Shown here piece by piece: positions 27,201-36,199 of a DNA stretch of 54,034 nucleotides. The notes below the pieces were generated by a model that worked only from the letters and a program-made list of their open reading frames with translations, did not search any database and was not told the DNA's origin. The DNA comes from Candidatus Aenigmatarchaeota archaeon (GTDB lineage Archaea; Aenigmatarchaeota; Aenigmatarchaeia; QMZP01; QMZT01): the NCBI GenBank assembly GCA_041489155.1, contig JBGPQP010000008.1, positions 1-54,034 on the forward strand. The letters are read 5' to 3'. Each line of letters opens with the position of its first letter. Positions within the stretch are counted from its first letter, which is position 1. The position numbers and the translations under genes are program-made.

Positions 27201-28175
27201 ATGGTTGGGAAACTTTATTTTTCGGGCCTGCTGGAAGGCATGAAAGAGCTTTACGAAAGCGACGGCCTAGCAGCTGCGCTTAAAAAATATTCAAAGGCTA
27301 TCAAGCCTGCAAAACTCTCCAAGACCGGGAAGAAGGCCAAAAAGAAAACGAAGAAGGGCAAGAAGGAATACAACTCGGTCTTTTCGGTTGACAACAAAGA
27401 ATACAAGAACAAAACCAAGTCCGGCCATGAGGAGAACAAAAAATACAAGACCGGCGAAAAAACCGCTTTTCTCCAGTTCCACGAGCAGGGCGTGGATTCC
27501 ATCAGAGAGACGGCGGAAAAAAAGGAGCCGCAAAGGCATGCGAAAACCATAGCGGCAAGGGAAATGCTCTACGACATGCTCGCGGCGAAGATAACCGAAA
27601 ACATCGCCTACGTCCTCGAGCTCCAGAAAACCATAAACCACGGCTCAAGGCAGTATGCAGACGGGAACCTTTCCATGCTGAAAATCGAGTACGACAATCC
27701 CGTCTTCATAAACAACCAGCTGACCTACCAGAGAATTTTCGTCATGAACGAGAACGAGGGAGCGACGGTTTACGGCCTCACCATGGAAAAATCGCGCTCA
27801 GGCAATCTTGAGACAAAGGCAAGATACGACGATGCTTTCAAAACCTTTTATTTCGACTCGCTCAACGGCGTGAAGGACGGCAGGAACAGCGCTTACTGGG
27901 AGGCCTGGCTGAACGGCCAGGTAGTGGAGGAAGCGCTCGACAAGAAGCCGCTCAAGAAAGGCGACGTCGTGGAATGGCGCCTGGCGAATGAAAGGGAATC
28001 AGGCTGCGGAGGCAGCGGCCAGGAGGCGGAGAAATTTTCAAGGAAAAACGAAATGGATGTTTTTGACAAAAACCATAACCCTTATTACCTGGGCGGGTTC
28101 GGCAGCCTTCCTGCGCAGCAGCGTTCAGGGCTGCCGTACGGCCAGAACCATTTCAACCATCATTACTTCAGATAA
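27201..28175 (+). CDS. Protein with DUF4430-like (transcobalamin beta-domain-like) C-terminal domain and Lys-rich N-terminus
   Basis: FDSLNGVKDG...YWEAWLNG......DKKPLKKGDVVEW. Confidence 0.65.
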   Translation: MVGKLYFSGLLEGMKELYESDGLAAALKKYSKAIKPAKLSKTGKKAKKKTKKGKKEYNSVFSVDNKEYKNKTKSGHEENKKYKTGEKTAFLQFHEQGVDSIRETAEKKEPQRHAKTIAAREMLYDMLAAKITENIAYVLELQKTINHGSRQYADGNLSMLKIEYDNPVFINNQLTYQRIFVMNENEGATVYGLTMEKSRSGNLETKARYDDAFKTFYFDSLNGVKDGRNSAYWEAWLNGQVVEEALDKKPLKKGDVVEWRLANERESGCGGSGQEAEKFSRKNEMDVFDKNHNPYYLGGFGSLPAQQRSGLPYGQNHFNHHYFR

Positions 28176-28180
28176 GCGCC

Positions 28181-28549
28181 TCATTCGGACTCTTTGGCGT
28201 CGAAAACTTCGAGCAGCTCCCCGCCCTGCGACGTGGGACGGAAGTAGCGTATCTTTCTCCCGAATCTTTTCGCCAAGTCTATGTCTTCCTTCATCTCATC
28301 GCCGGCGATCTCGCCTATCACCCAGATTTCAGCGGCTTTCCGTATCTGGTCGAGTCTTTCCGCATCGCGGGAAGGCCCGCTGGCTTCGGCGGAGGCCTTT
28401 ACCGTTTTTGTAAGGTCGGCGACAATGTTCGGGTAAACCGGAAGGAAGCCGCGGTCCTTCGCCATGCTTGCTGCCTTGAACCTGTGACCAAAATTTTCCC
28501 GGGAAACCGAAATGTAAACCATTTTGCTTTTCGCGCCGAACAAATTCAT
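28181..28549 (-). CDS. Nucleoside deoxyribosyltransferase-like fold protein (DUF4406/DUF7768-like)
   Basis: VYIS...IRKAAEIWVIGEI...MKEDIDLAKRFGRKIRYF; RBS GGGGTGG before ATG 28549. Confidence 0.6.
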   Translation of the reverse strand: MNLFGAKSKMVYISVSRENFGHRFKAASMAKDRGFLPVYPNIVADLTKTVKASAEASGPSRDAERLDQIRKAAEIWVIGEIAGDEMKEDIDLAKRFGRKIRYFRPTSQGGELLEVFDAKESE

Positions 28550-28670
28550 AATACCACCCCTGATTGAGCAATTATACTTATTGGCTGCGCACTTATTTAT
28601 TTCTGCAGCCGCTTGCAAGCTCCATGATGTTTAAACATAGCTTCTTATCCCGGCGGGCGAAAACTCTAAA

Positions 28671-29066
28671 ATGGAATCGCGCAGGCAGTGGATCCTGGTG
28701 ATTGTTATTATAGTTATTCTCGATTTCGCTGCATTAGGTTTTTCCAGTTTTACTGCGATGTCGGTCAGCACCGAGCAGAAGCCCTTCGCCGTCTCAGAAC
28801 TTTTCAGGACGGCGCTCCTCGGCGAGGAAGTCTTCATCAAAGGCAGCGTGACGGAAGTCCTGCCTGAATACACGTCGGAGAAAGGCTACAATTATCAGCA
28901 GTTCATGCTTTCCGACGGCGATGAGAGCATCAAGCTTTTCTGCTCGGCGAAGTACGGGAAGTCGGAAGCGAAGGCAGGCGACGAAATCATTTTCGAAGGC
29001 ACGTTCCAGAAATACGGGATCACGTTCGAAATATACGGTTTCTGCAGCGAAATCAAAGTTTTGTAG
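28671..29066 (+). CDS. Membrane-anchored OB-fold protein
   Basis: N-terminal TM; GEEVFIKGSV...FMLSDGDESI...GDEIIFEG..QKY....EI. Confidence 0.7.
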   Translation: MESRRQWILVIVIIVILDFAALGFSSFTAMSVSTEQKPFAVSELFRTALLGEEVFIKGSVTEVLPEYTSEKGYNYQQFMLSDGDESIKLFCSAKYGKSEAKAGDEIIFEGTFQKYGITFEIYGFCSEIKVL

Positions 29067-29129
29067 CACGCACTAAGCAATACGCCATTGAACTTCCGCG
29101 CCTAGTTGACGTTATCCCTTGACATCTCT

Positions 29130-29951
29130 TTACAGCTGTGCAACCATCTCTTCATAGCGGTTTTCATATTTTTGCGTGTCCTTTTCGGTCTCCAGTTGAA
29201 CGGTTCCATGGTTGCATTCCATCTCCTTTTTATTTTCTATGTACCTGTCGAGACAAGTTCTCTTGTCTTCCATTTTGTCTCTCAGTTGACCTATCTGCTC
29301 GGCTGTCGTGCCCTCCCCGTCCGCGAACAGCTCCTTCGTGTAATCGTCGAGGAGGAGCGTGTGATACTTCAGGCTTATCTTCTCATCGAGGCTCAGGTCG
29401 CTGCTGCGCATCAGCTTTTTCATGAAGCTGAAGTACTCGTCTTTAAGTTCTTTCAGTTTCACTGCGTTTTCGATTTTCTGTGCTTCAATTTTTTTCTGCG
29501 CCTCAAACCTTTCTATATCGTACTTGTGTTTTTTCCATCTGTTTGACGTGTGCTTGTACAATTCAAACACCGATGCCAGCGCGCCACCGGCCAGCGCATC
29601 CTTGATCCAAGCGAGGTGGTCTCCATTATATTTCACACACGTGTATGTGAGGCCACCTGCAAATCCCGCTGTCGTCAGGGCCCATATCCCTGTCCAGTAG
29701 TACGCCTTCTTTATAGCGTTTTTTACTGTCTTAGAAGCAGTCCCTGTCCTTTCCCTTATTTTCTGGCAATCTTCTTTGGTTCTTTCCCAGTCATCCCGGA
29801 GGTATTTTTTCAGCGATTTTCCGAGAGCTCCGGTCTTGTAATGCTCTCCTTCTGGGTGCACGTCATACAACGTGTCGTTCCTGAACGCACCGAGCCCGTA
29901 GGTCTTCGCTGTCAACCTGGCGCCTCCCCGGGCACCAGATTCCATCTTCAC
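29130..29951 (-). CDS. Hypothetical protein with two hydrophobic segments and a coiled-coil C-terminus
   Basis: 273-aa ORF; WTGIWALTTAGFAGG and ALAGGALASVF hydrophobic stretches; charged helical tail. Confidence 0.65.
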   Translation of the reverse strand: MKMESGARGGARLTAKTYGLGAFRNDTLYDVHPEGEHYKTGALGKSLKKYLRDDWERTKEDCQKIRERTGTASKTVKNAIKKAYYWTGIWALTTAGFAGGLTYTCVKYNGDHLAWIKDALAGGALASVFELYKHTSNRWKKHKYDIERFEAQKKIEAQKIENAVKLKELKDEYFSFMKKLMRSSDLSLDEKISLKYHTLLLDDYTKELFADGEGTTAEQIGQLRDKMEDKRTCLDRYIENKKEMECNHGTVQLETEKDTQKYENRYEEMVAQL

Positions 29952-30088
29952 GCTTAGGCTATGGTTATAAGTTTTTTAAACTTATCTGATGGCCGATGCT
30001 TATCGGTTTTTATGCGCAATTTCTCAAAAATGAGTAGAAAAAGCGGGTTGCATTTTGTTTTTTTATGCATCCGCGCAAATAAATCAAT

Positions 30089-31057
30089 ATGATAAAAATT
30101 ATCGCGCTGGAAAACGGCGCGAAACCCGTAAAGCACATGCAGCTTTCCAGAGTTGGCAGCTTTCTGAAGAAGCCGAAAAATGTCCTGTGGCTCGATGTCC
30201 AGACGCCGGTCGAGGACGACTACAAGTTCCTTATCGACGTGTTCAAATTCCACCCGCTGGAGATAGACGACTGCAGGAAGCGGCAGGAACTGCCCAAGAT
30301 AGACGAGTTCGAGGACCACGTGTTCATCGTGTTCCACAGGATTATTTACGACTTCAAGACGCATGCCCTTAGGATGCAGGAAGTCGACATTTTTCTGGGG
30401 AAAAATTACATAGTCACGGTTCCCAACGAGCCCTCCGAACTGGTGAAGGCGCTGTTCGACAGATGCGCTGCGGACCCGAAACCTCTCTCAAAAGGACCTG
30501 ATTTCATACTCCACAACATACTTGACAGCATAGTCGACGAATACCTGCCCATGCTCGACCACTGGGACGACGACATGGAGAGGATGGAAAGCGACATACT
30601 GACCGGCAAAATACAGAAGTCGCTCAAGGCCATGCTCTCGCTGAAGAGGCAGATAAGGGACTTCAAGAAGAGCATGAGCCCGCACAGGGACATCATAAAC
30701 AGGCTCGCCCACCCCGGCTTCCCGTTCATCTCCAGTAAGGCGCACATCTACTTCCGCGACGTCTACGACCACACCATGCGCGCGTATTCAGTCGTAGAAG
30801 ACCAGCGCGACATGATGACGACGATTTTCGAAGCGTATCTCTCGACGGTCTCCAACAAGCTGAACGAGATAATGAAGACGCTGACCATAATCGCGACGAT
30901 ATTCATCCCGCTCACGTTCATCGTGGGCATCTACGGCATGAACTTCCACTACATGCCGGAAATCGACTGGCCTTTCGGCTATTACATGGTTTGGACAGTG
31001 ATGATAACCGCGACCATCATCATGCTTCTCTACTTCAGGCGGAAAGGCTGGGTATAA
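30089..31057 (+). CDS. corA: Magnesium/cobalt transporter CorA
   Basis: FHPLEIDD, PKIDEF, YFRDVYDH, TIFIPLTFIVGIYGMNF, MPE. Confidence 0.95.
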   Translation: MIKIIALENGAKPVKHMQLSRVGSFLKKPKNVLWLDVQTPVEDDYKFLIDVFKFHPLEIDDCRKRQELPKIDEFEDHVFIVFHRIIYDFKTHALRMQEVDIFLGKNYIVTVPNEPSELVKALFDRCAADPKPLSKGPDFILHNILDSIVDEYLPMLDHWDDDMERMESDILTGKIQKSLKAMLSLKRQIRDFKKSMSPHRDIINRLAHPGFPFISSKAHIYFRDVYDHTMRAYSVVEDQRDMMTTIFEAYLSTVSNKLNEIMKTLTIIATIFIPLTFIVGIYGMNFHYMPEIDWPFGYYMVWTVMITATIIMLLYFRRKGWV

Positions 31058-31098
31058 CCACCCGAATATAATTTTAATCCCGCTTACAAATTCTTACC

Positions 31099-32358
31099 AT
31101 GGACTTCGACAAGGACTTCGACATCGAACTCTCGGATTTCAACGTCAAGAAGCGCGACCTCTCGTTCAGGTACTGGATATTCGAGTATGGCGGGAGCGTC
31201 GAGGGCTGCGGTATAAACGATGGAATAGTTTACTTTGGTTCATGCGATTATTTCATATACGCGATTGATGTGGAAACCGGAAAACTGATATGGAAATTCA
31301 GGACAGGCGATTGCGTCCCCAATTACGCCCCGGCATTTTATGGTGACAAGCTTTACCTGAGTTCGTATGACAACTACCTTTATTGCTTGGACAAAAAAAC
31401 GGGCAGCGAAATATGGCGCTTCAAGTCGGGCGACAAGTGCTGGTCGCCGCCAACCTGTTACGACGGCGTTGTTTATTTCGGGTCGAAGGACAACTATGTT
31501 TATGCCGTAAATGCTGAGACCGGCAAGGAAATCTGGAGATTCAAAACGGGCGACATGGCAATCACAACGCCGACAGCTTACAAGGACAAGCTTGTCATCG
31601 GCGGCTACGACGGCTTTCTTTACGTGCTTGACAGGAAAACTGGTAAAGAAACAAACAGATTCAAGACGGCCGGCAACATAGTCAACATGAAGGAATTCGC
31701 CATAGATAAAAACATGATATACTTCGGCTCTTTCGACAGCAACATGTATGCCCTGAACTTGGACACGCTCAAAGAGATATGGAGATTCAAGGCCGGATAC
31801 GGCTTCACGTGCGTCCCGCTCGTTGAGAACAAAAAGTTATATTTCGGCTGCCAGGATTACAATTTTTATTGCCTTGATGCAGAAACCGGCAAAGAATTAT
31901 GGAGATTCCGCGCCGGAGACAGGATAGGCTCCTCGACACCCGTGATTATAGAAGGAAAAATATATTTCGGTTCCAAAGACCACAATTTCTATTGCTTGGA
32001 TTCTGAAACAGGAGAGGAAATCTGGCGTTTCAGGACCATGCACGAGGTCTGGTCTCCGGTGACAGTTTACAGGAAGAGCGTGATATTCGGTTCTCTCGAT
32101 TGCCATCTTTACAGACTCGACGCAAAAACGGGGAAGAAAATATGGGCTTTTCTGACCAGCACGAAGACAGTCGCCTCTTACAAGATTTCTGAGGAGATCT
32201 CCGCTGAGATAACCGTCAGGCAGGAAGAATCCAAAGATTCAGATGAGGAAAAATACGACCTCTCGGTCGGCGTCCCTCTTGACATGAAAAGCGAATATTC
32301 CTTCAAGAGCGAATACGCCTTGAAGTCCGAATACCACACGAAGAGCGAGTACAGGTAG
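31099..32358 (+). CDS. PQQ-like repeat beta-propeller protein with C-terminal (KSEYxx)4 tail
   Basis: About eight 40-aa repeats of YFGSxD..YxLDxxTGKEIWRFK; no signal peptide; tail KSEYSFKSEYALKSEYHTKSEYR. Confidence 0.9.
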   Translation: MDFDKDFDIELSDFNVKKRDLSFRYWIFEYGGSVEGCGINDGIVYFGSCDYFIYAIDVETGKLIWKFRTGDCVPNYAPAFYGDKLYLSSYDNYLYCLDKKTGSEIWRFKSGDKCWSPPTCYDGVVYFGSKDNYVYAVNAETGKEIWRFKTGDMAITTPTAYKDKLVIGGYDGFLYVLDRKTGKETNRFKTAGNIVNMKEFAIDKNMIYFGSFDSNMYALNLDTLKEIWRFKAGYGFTCVPLVENKKLYFGCQDYNFYCLDAETGKELWRFRAGDRIGSSTPVIIEGKIYFGSKDHNFYCLDSETGEEIWRFRTMHEVWSPVTVYRKSVIFGSLDCHLYRLDAKTGKKIWAFLTSTKTVASYKISEEISAEITVRQEESKDSDEEKYDLSVGVPLDMKSEYSFKSEYALKSEYHTKSEYR

Positions 32359-33501
32359 TCAGCCTAGTTCCCCGTGCTTTATTTTGATCAGAAACAGTGT
32401 TACAACCATAACCAGCGGGAATACGTAGAGCGCTGTGAAAGTTCCCAGACCTGCAGAAATGAAAATCACCGGCACCTGCGCGGCCACGATGGTCGCGAGA
32501 TCGTTGTTCCAGCTTAGCGTGCTTATCACCTTGCCCTTCTCTTCTGCGGCGAAGGACTCGCTTATCCTGGAGAAGGTCCATATGTCTATCAGACCGCCGG
32601 CCGTTCCTATAAGCATGGCGACGATGAAGTAGTGGGGCAATGCGCTTCCGAACACCATTAGCGTCGCAGCCGCCAGATGGAGTATTATGCACAGCGGAAG
32701 CCAGTATTTCCTGATGCGTTTGTTTGATATCCTTCCCACAACGAGGTTGGTTGCCGAGAAAAGCACGCATTCTGCGATTACCACGAGGGACACAAAACTG
32801 CCGGAAAGGCCGAGGGTCTTGAGCGCATAGCGCGCGAAGAAGAACACGAACGCGGAGAACATCGCTAGGTCCATGGTCTTGAATATTATGTATTTCCACG
32901 TCTTCTTGAGGAAAGCGAAGGATGGCCTTGCCGCATCGCCGCTTCTTTTTTTATTGGCAAATCTGTAAATCAGCAAAACCCATACAAGTCCTGCGACCAG
33001 CAGCAGATAGAAGGCGGACGAAATCCCGAACCTGTCGATGAAAAAGCCCGGTATCAGGAAGCCTATTATCCAGCCAAGGCTTGACAGGCCGTTGAACATG
33101 CCGACCTTATTGTCCGGCTCATTCTTGACGAACCTCAGCGAGTAGATGAATATCGTGACGAACATGAGGGCGCTTGCTATGCCGGAGATTATCTTGAGAA
33201 TGGTTATGAGGAGTATGTCTGTCGTCTGGCCTATCATGAAAAGGCAAACGATGAACACCAGCCCGCCGATGAGGAGGAATACGCGCTCGCCGTGCCTGTC
33301 GGTAAGATGGCCCAGTAAAGGCTTGGCTATGAACGAGAACACGTCGCCTATCGAGAGCAGGAAGGCGAACATGATTATCGAGATGTTCAGCGACGAGAAA
33401 TACATCGTGGGTATGAGCATCGCGAAGGCCATGAACAGCGTCTGGAAAAAGCCGAACAGCGCTCCAGACATCAGGCGGGATTTCGTCTCCTTGTTCTCCA
33501 T
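32359..33501 (-). CDS. MFS transporter
   Basis: About 12 TM segments; motif A GHLTDRHGER. Confidence 0.88.
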   Translation of the reverse strand: MENKETKSRLMSGALFGFFQTLFMAFAMLIPTMYFSSLNISIIMFAFLLSIGDVFSFIAKPLLGHLTDRHGERVFLLIGGLVFIVCLFMIGQTTDILLITILKIISGIASALMFVTIFIYSLRFVKNEPDNKVGMFNGLSSLGWIIGFLIPGFFIDRFGISSAFYLLLVAGLVWVLLIYRFANKKRSGDAARPSFAFLKKTWKYIIFKTMDLAMFSAFVFFFARYALKTLGLSGSFVSLVVIAECVLFSATNLVVGRISNKRIRKYWLPLCIILHLAAATLMVFGSALPHYFIVAMLIGTAGGLIDIWTFSRISESFAAEEKGKVISTLSWNNDLATIVAAQVPVIFISAGLGTFTALYVFPLVMVVTLFLIKIKHGELG

Positions 33502-33616
33502 ACTTCCACCGATCCATCGAAAATTATTTTGTTATTTTGTCGCGAGGTATATATTAGGTTTTAGCGCAAAAATGAGTAGAAACTCCTAATATAAATAAAA
33601 TTTTCAATTACTAACC

Positions 33617-34892
33617 ATGTTCGAGTTCGAAAGGGACTTCGAGATGGAGTTGAGCTCCAGTACGGTCAAGAAGAGAAGCAATAAATTCGCACTTCTCTGG
33701 AAGATTACTTACAGCGGGAGCGTAAGCTCGTCGCCCGTCTTTCATAAAAACCTTGTCCTGTTCGGTGCAGGCGACTATTATTTCTACGCCCTCGACAGCG
33801 AGAACGGGGAATGCGTCTGGAGATTCAAGACCGGCGGCACCATTGTCGATCTTAAATCTCCGGTTGTAGGCGATAAGGTTTATTTCGGCTCATATGACGG
33901 TCATCTCTACTGCCTGAACGCGGAAACAGGGAAAGAGGTATGGAGGTTCAAGACAGGAGGGGAGGTATACGGATCACCTTCCGTTTCCGAGGGGGTGGTA
34001 TACTTCGGCTCCAGAGACTCATATGTTTACGCCGTTGATGCGCAAACGGGAAAGGAAATCTGGAGATTCAAGGCCGGAGCGGAAATAGCCTCCTGTCCCC
34101 TCATCAAGGACGGCCTAGTTTACATTGGCTCCTATGACGATTATTTCTACGCTATAAACAGGGAAGACGGGAGCGAAGCATGGAGGCTGAGGTTAGGTGG
34201 GAACATATCAAACCCGCTTCCGTTTCAGGTTGACGAAAAAGTGGCATACGTCGGCTGCGTGGACGGGAATGTTTATGCCATAGATCTGAAGGCTGGTAAG
34301 GAGTTGTGGAGATTCAGGACCGGGAGCTGGGTTCTGGCTTCCCCGAGACCTCACGAAGGCAAGGTGTATTTCGTTTCGAGCGACGGGAACTTTTATTGTA
34401 TAGACAAGGAAGGCAACGAGATCTGGAGGTTCAGGACCGATGCCTACATGGACGGTTCTACCGACGCTCTGATAAAGGACGGTAAGATATAATTATGGTT
34501 CATCAAACGGGAATTTGTTTGCCCTCGACTTGCGGACGGGGAGGGAAGTCTGGAGATTCAAGACCGAGGGAGAAATAATAAGCTCCCCTGCGATAAAGGG
34601 CAACAAAATATACTTCGGCTCTTGGGACTGCAATTTTTACTGCATTGATTCCGCCACGGCTAAGGAGATATGGAGGTTCCACACGAGCTCGAGCATAAAG
34701 GCCAGGACGCCTCCTGCGTCCGAATGGTTTGAGTTCGAGGTTGAGATTTCTAAAGAAGAGGTCGAAGAAATCAAAAAGGAATACGGCAAAGGCGTGAACG
34801 TCTCAGAAACCGAAGCGATAGAAAGCGATTACGCGATAAAAAGCGAGTACCAGTTCAAAAGCGAATATCACACGAAATCAGAATACAGATGA
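33617..34892 (+). pseudogene. Second PQQ-like beta-propeller paralog with KSEY tail, split by a +1 frameshift near 34491
   Basis: ORFs 33617-34492 and 34515-34892 join if one A is removed from ATATAATTATGGT, giving GKIYYGSSNGNLFALD, a perfect blade repeat. Confidence 0.8.
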
Positions 34893-34902
34893 GTGCTTAT
34901 CT

Positions 34903-35835
34903 TCATCTCTTTTTACCGTTCCTTTTCCTGCCGTTTTTCCTACCTTTTCTTTTACTGCTCCTTTTCCTGCTGACTTTTACGCGCTTCCTGAGCTTCTCGA
35001 GCAGCGATTCCCTCTCTTCAGAAACCGCCTTCGCCGCGCCTATCGCCGTCGCGAACTCAGCCCTCTTCGGGACATAAGCTTTGCCCCCGAAAGTCTTGAC
35101 GGTCCTCTCGAGGTTTCTCATGAGCGTCCTGTTCTTAGTGACCTTGCCTATGAAGACGATTTCCTTCTCGAGCCCGTGATTTTTAGCCGCGAACGTCGAA
35201 AGTGTCCCCACGACCTCGCCGACCATAGTGAGAAGGCCGAGGGCTATGTCCTTCGCTGCCGTGTCATCGCGCAGCTTGCCGAAATTCGCGGCAGTCGCGC
35301 CTGCAGAAAGGTTCCCTATGCCCCTGCCCACGATATCCTTCACCGTGAGATTGATCTTGTCCAGGTCGCCGTTCTTCGCGATCAGCTCGAGATTGTTGAT
35401 GTCGTCCTTGTTAAGAAGCAGCTTGAAAAGCCCTTTCAGCGTGCCGCCGCCGACGCCCGTCCCGCCGACGTGCCTGATTACTTTGCCGTTGTCCGTGACG
35501 GAAACCATCGCCGTCCCCGTGCCTATGCTGACCACGAGGCACTTCTTTTTCTTCGTGAGCGTCAGGCCGCCGAGGCCCATTGCCTTTATCTCGCCGACCT
35601 TTTTCACGGGTATGCCGAGCAGCGTCCTGCCGAGCTTCCTAGAGCCGCCGCCTGTGGCAGCGACGTATTTTATCTGGTTCACTCTGATTTTGCTGTCGCT
35701 TAGTATTTTTCCCAGGCATCCCGCGGCGCTTGCCAGCTCGTCGCTCGCATGTATCGAGACGTGGCCGGTTATTTTTCCGTTCTTCAGCAGCACGCCCTGC
35801 GTGGCCGAGCCGCCTATGTCGATCCCTATAATCAT
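34903..35835 (-). CDS. Type II pantothenate kinase (Fumble/CoaW-like ASKHA family) with basic C-terminal tail
   Basis: IGIDIGGS, ATGGG, EIKAMGLG, VSIGTG, HVGGTGVGGGTLKGL, LTVKDI, AANFGK, AIGA. Confidence 0.85.
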   Translation of the reverse strand: MIIGIDIGGSATQGVLLKNGKITGHVSIHASDELASAAGCLGKILSDSKIRVNQIKYVAATGGGSRKLGRTLLGIPVKKVGEIKAMGLGGLTLTKKKKCLVVSIGTGTAMVSVTDNGKVIRHVGGTGVGGGTLKGLFKLLLNKDDINNLELIAKNGDLDKINLTVKDIVGRGIGNLSAGATAANFGKLRDDTAAKDIALGLLTMVGEVVGTLSTFAAKNHGLEKEIVFIGKVTKNRTLMRNLERTVKTFGGKAYVPKRAEFATAIGAAKAVSEERESLLEKLRKRVKVSRKRSSKRKGRKNGRKRNGKKR

Positions 35836-35904
35836 ACTTATAATTCACCATTCTCCTTTTAAAAAGGCTTTTCTGCCCCGGAGAAAGCTATCTCGGTCCT
35901 ACTT

Positions 35905-36066
35905 TCAGAACGGGCACTTGCCGACGTTGCCGTCGCATTTCACTTCTTTCTTTATCTTGTCGCAGAACCTCTTTTCTCCCAGGAACCACTGGCAGGCGGT
36001 TTCGAGCGGCACTATCGGTGGCTGCAGAGGCAGAGGATTTCTGGACTCGGGTATGTTTTCAGTCAT
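35905..36066 (-). CDS. Small 4-Cys protein (53 aa), not in the ORF track
   Basis: Hand translation MTENIPESRNPLPLQPPIVPLETACQWFLGEKRFCDKIKKEVKCDGNVGKCPF*; TATA-like TTTATAAA upstream. Confidence 0.55.
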   Translation of the reverse strand: MTENIPESRNPLPLQPPIVPLETACQWFLGEKRFCDKIKKEVKCDGNVGKCPF

Positions 36067-36199
36067 GTTTAAAGATTACCCTAAAGTTTTATAAATATTT
36101 ACTACTGGTGAGCCATTACTCATTTTTGGGTCGCAGAACCAATAAATTAGGAAAATTCACCACTAAAAAGTTTATAAAATAAGCTGTTATTAATAGTCT

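Noticed and set aside
32287..32358. 18-bp tandem repeat as CRISPR array or VNTR
   Set aside because: Repeats are in-frame, synonymously diverged and have no spacers; this is a protein-level repeat.
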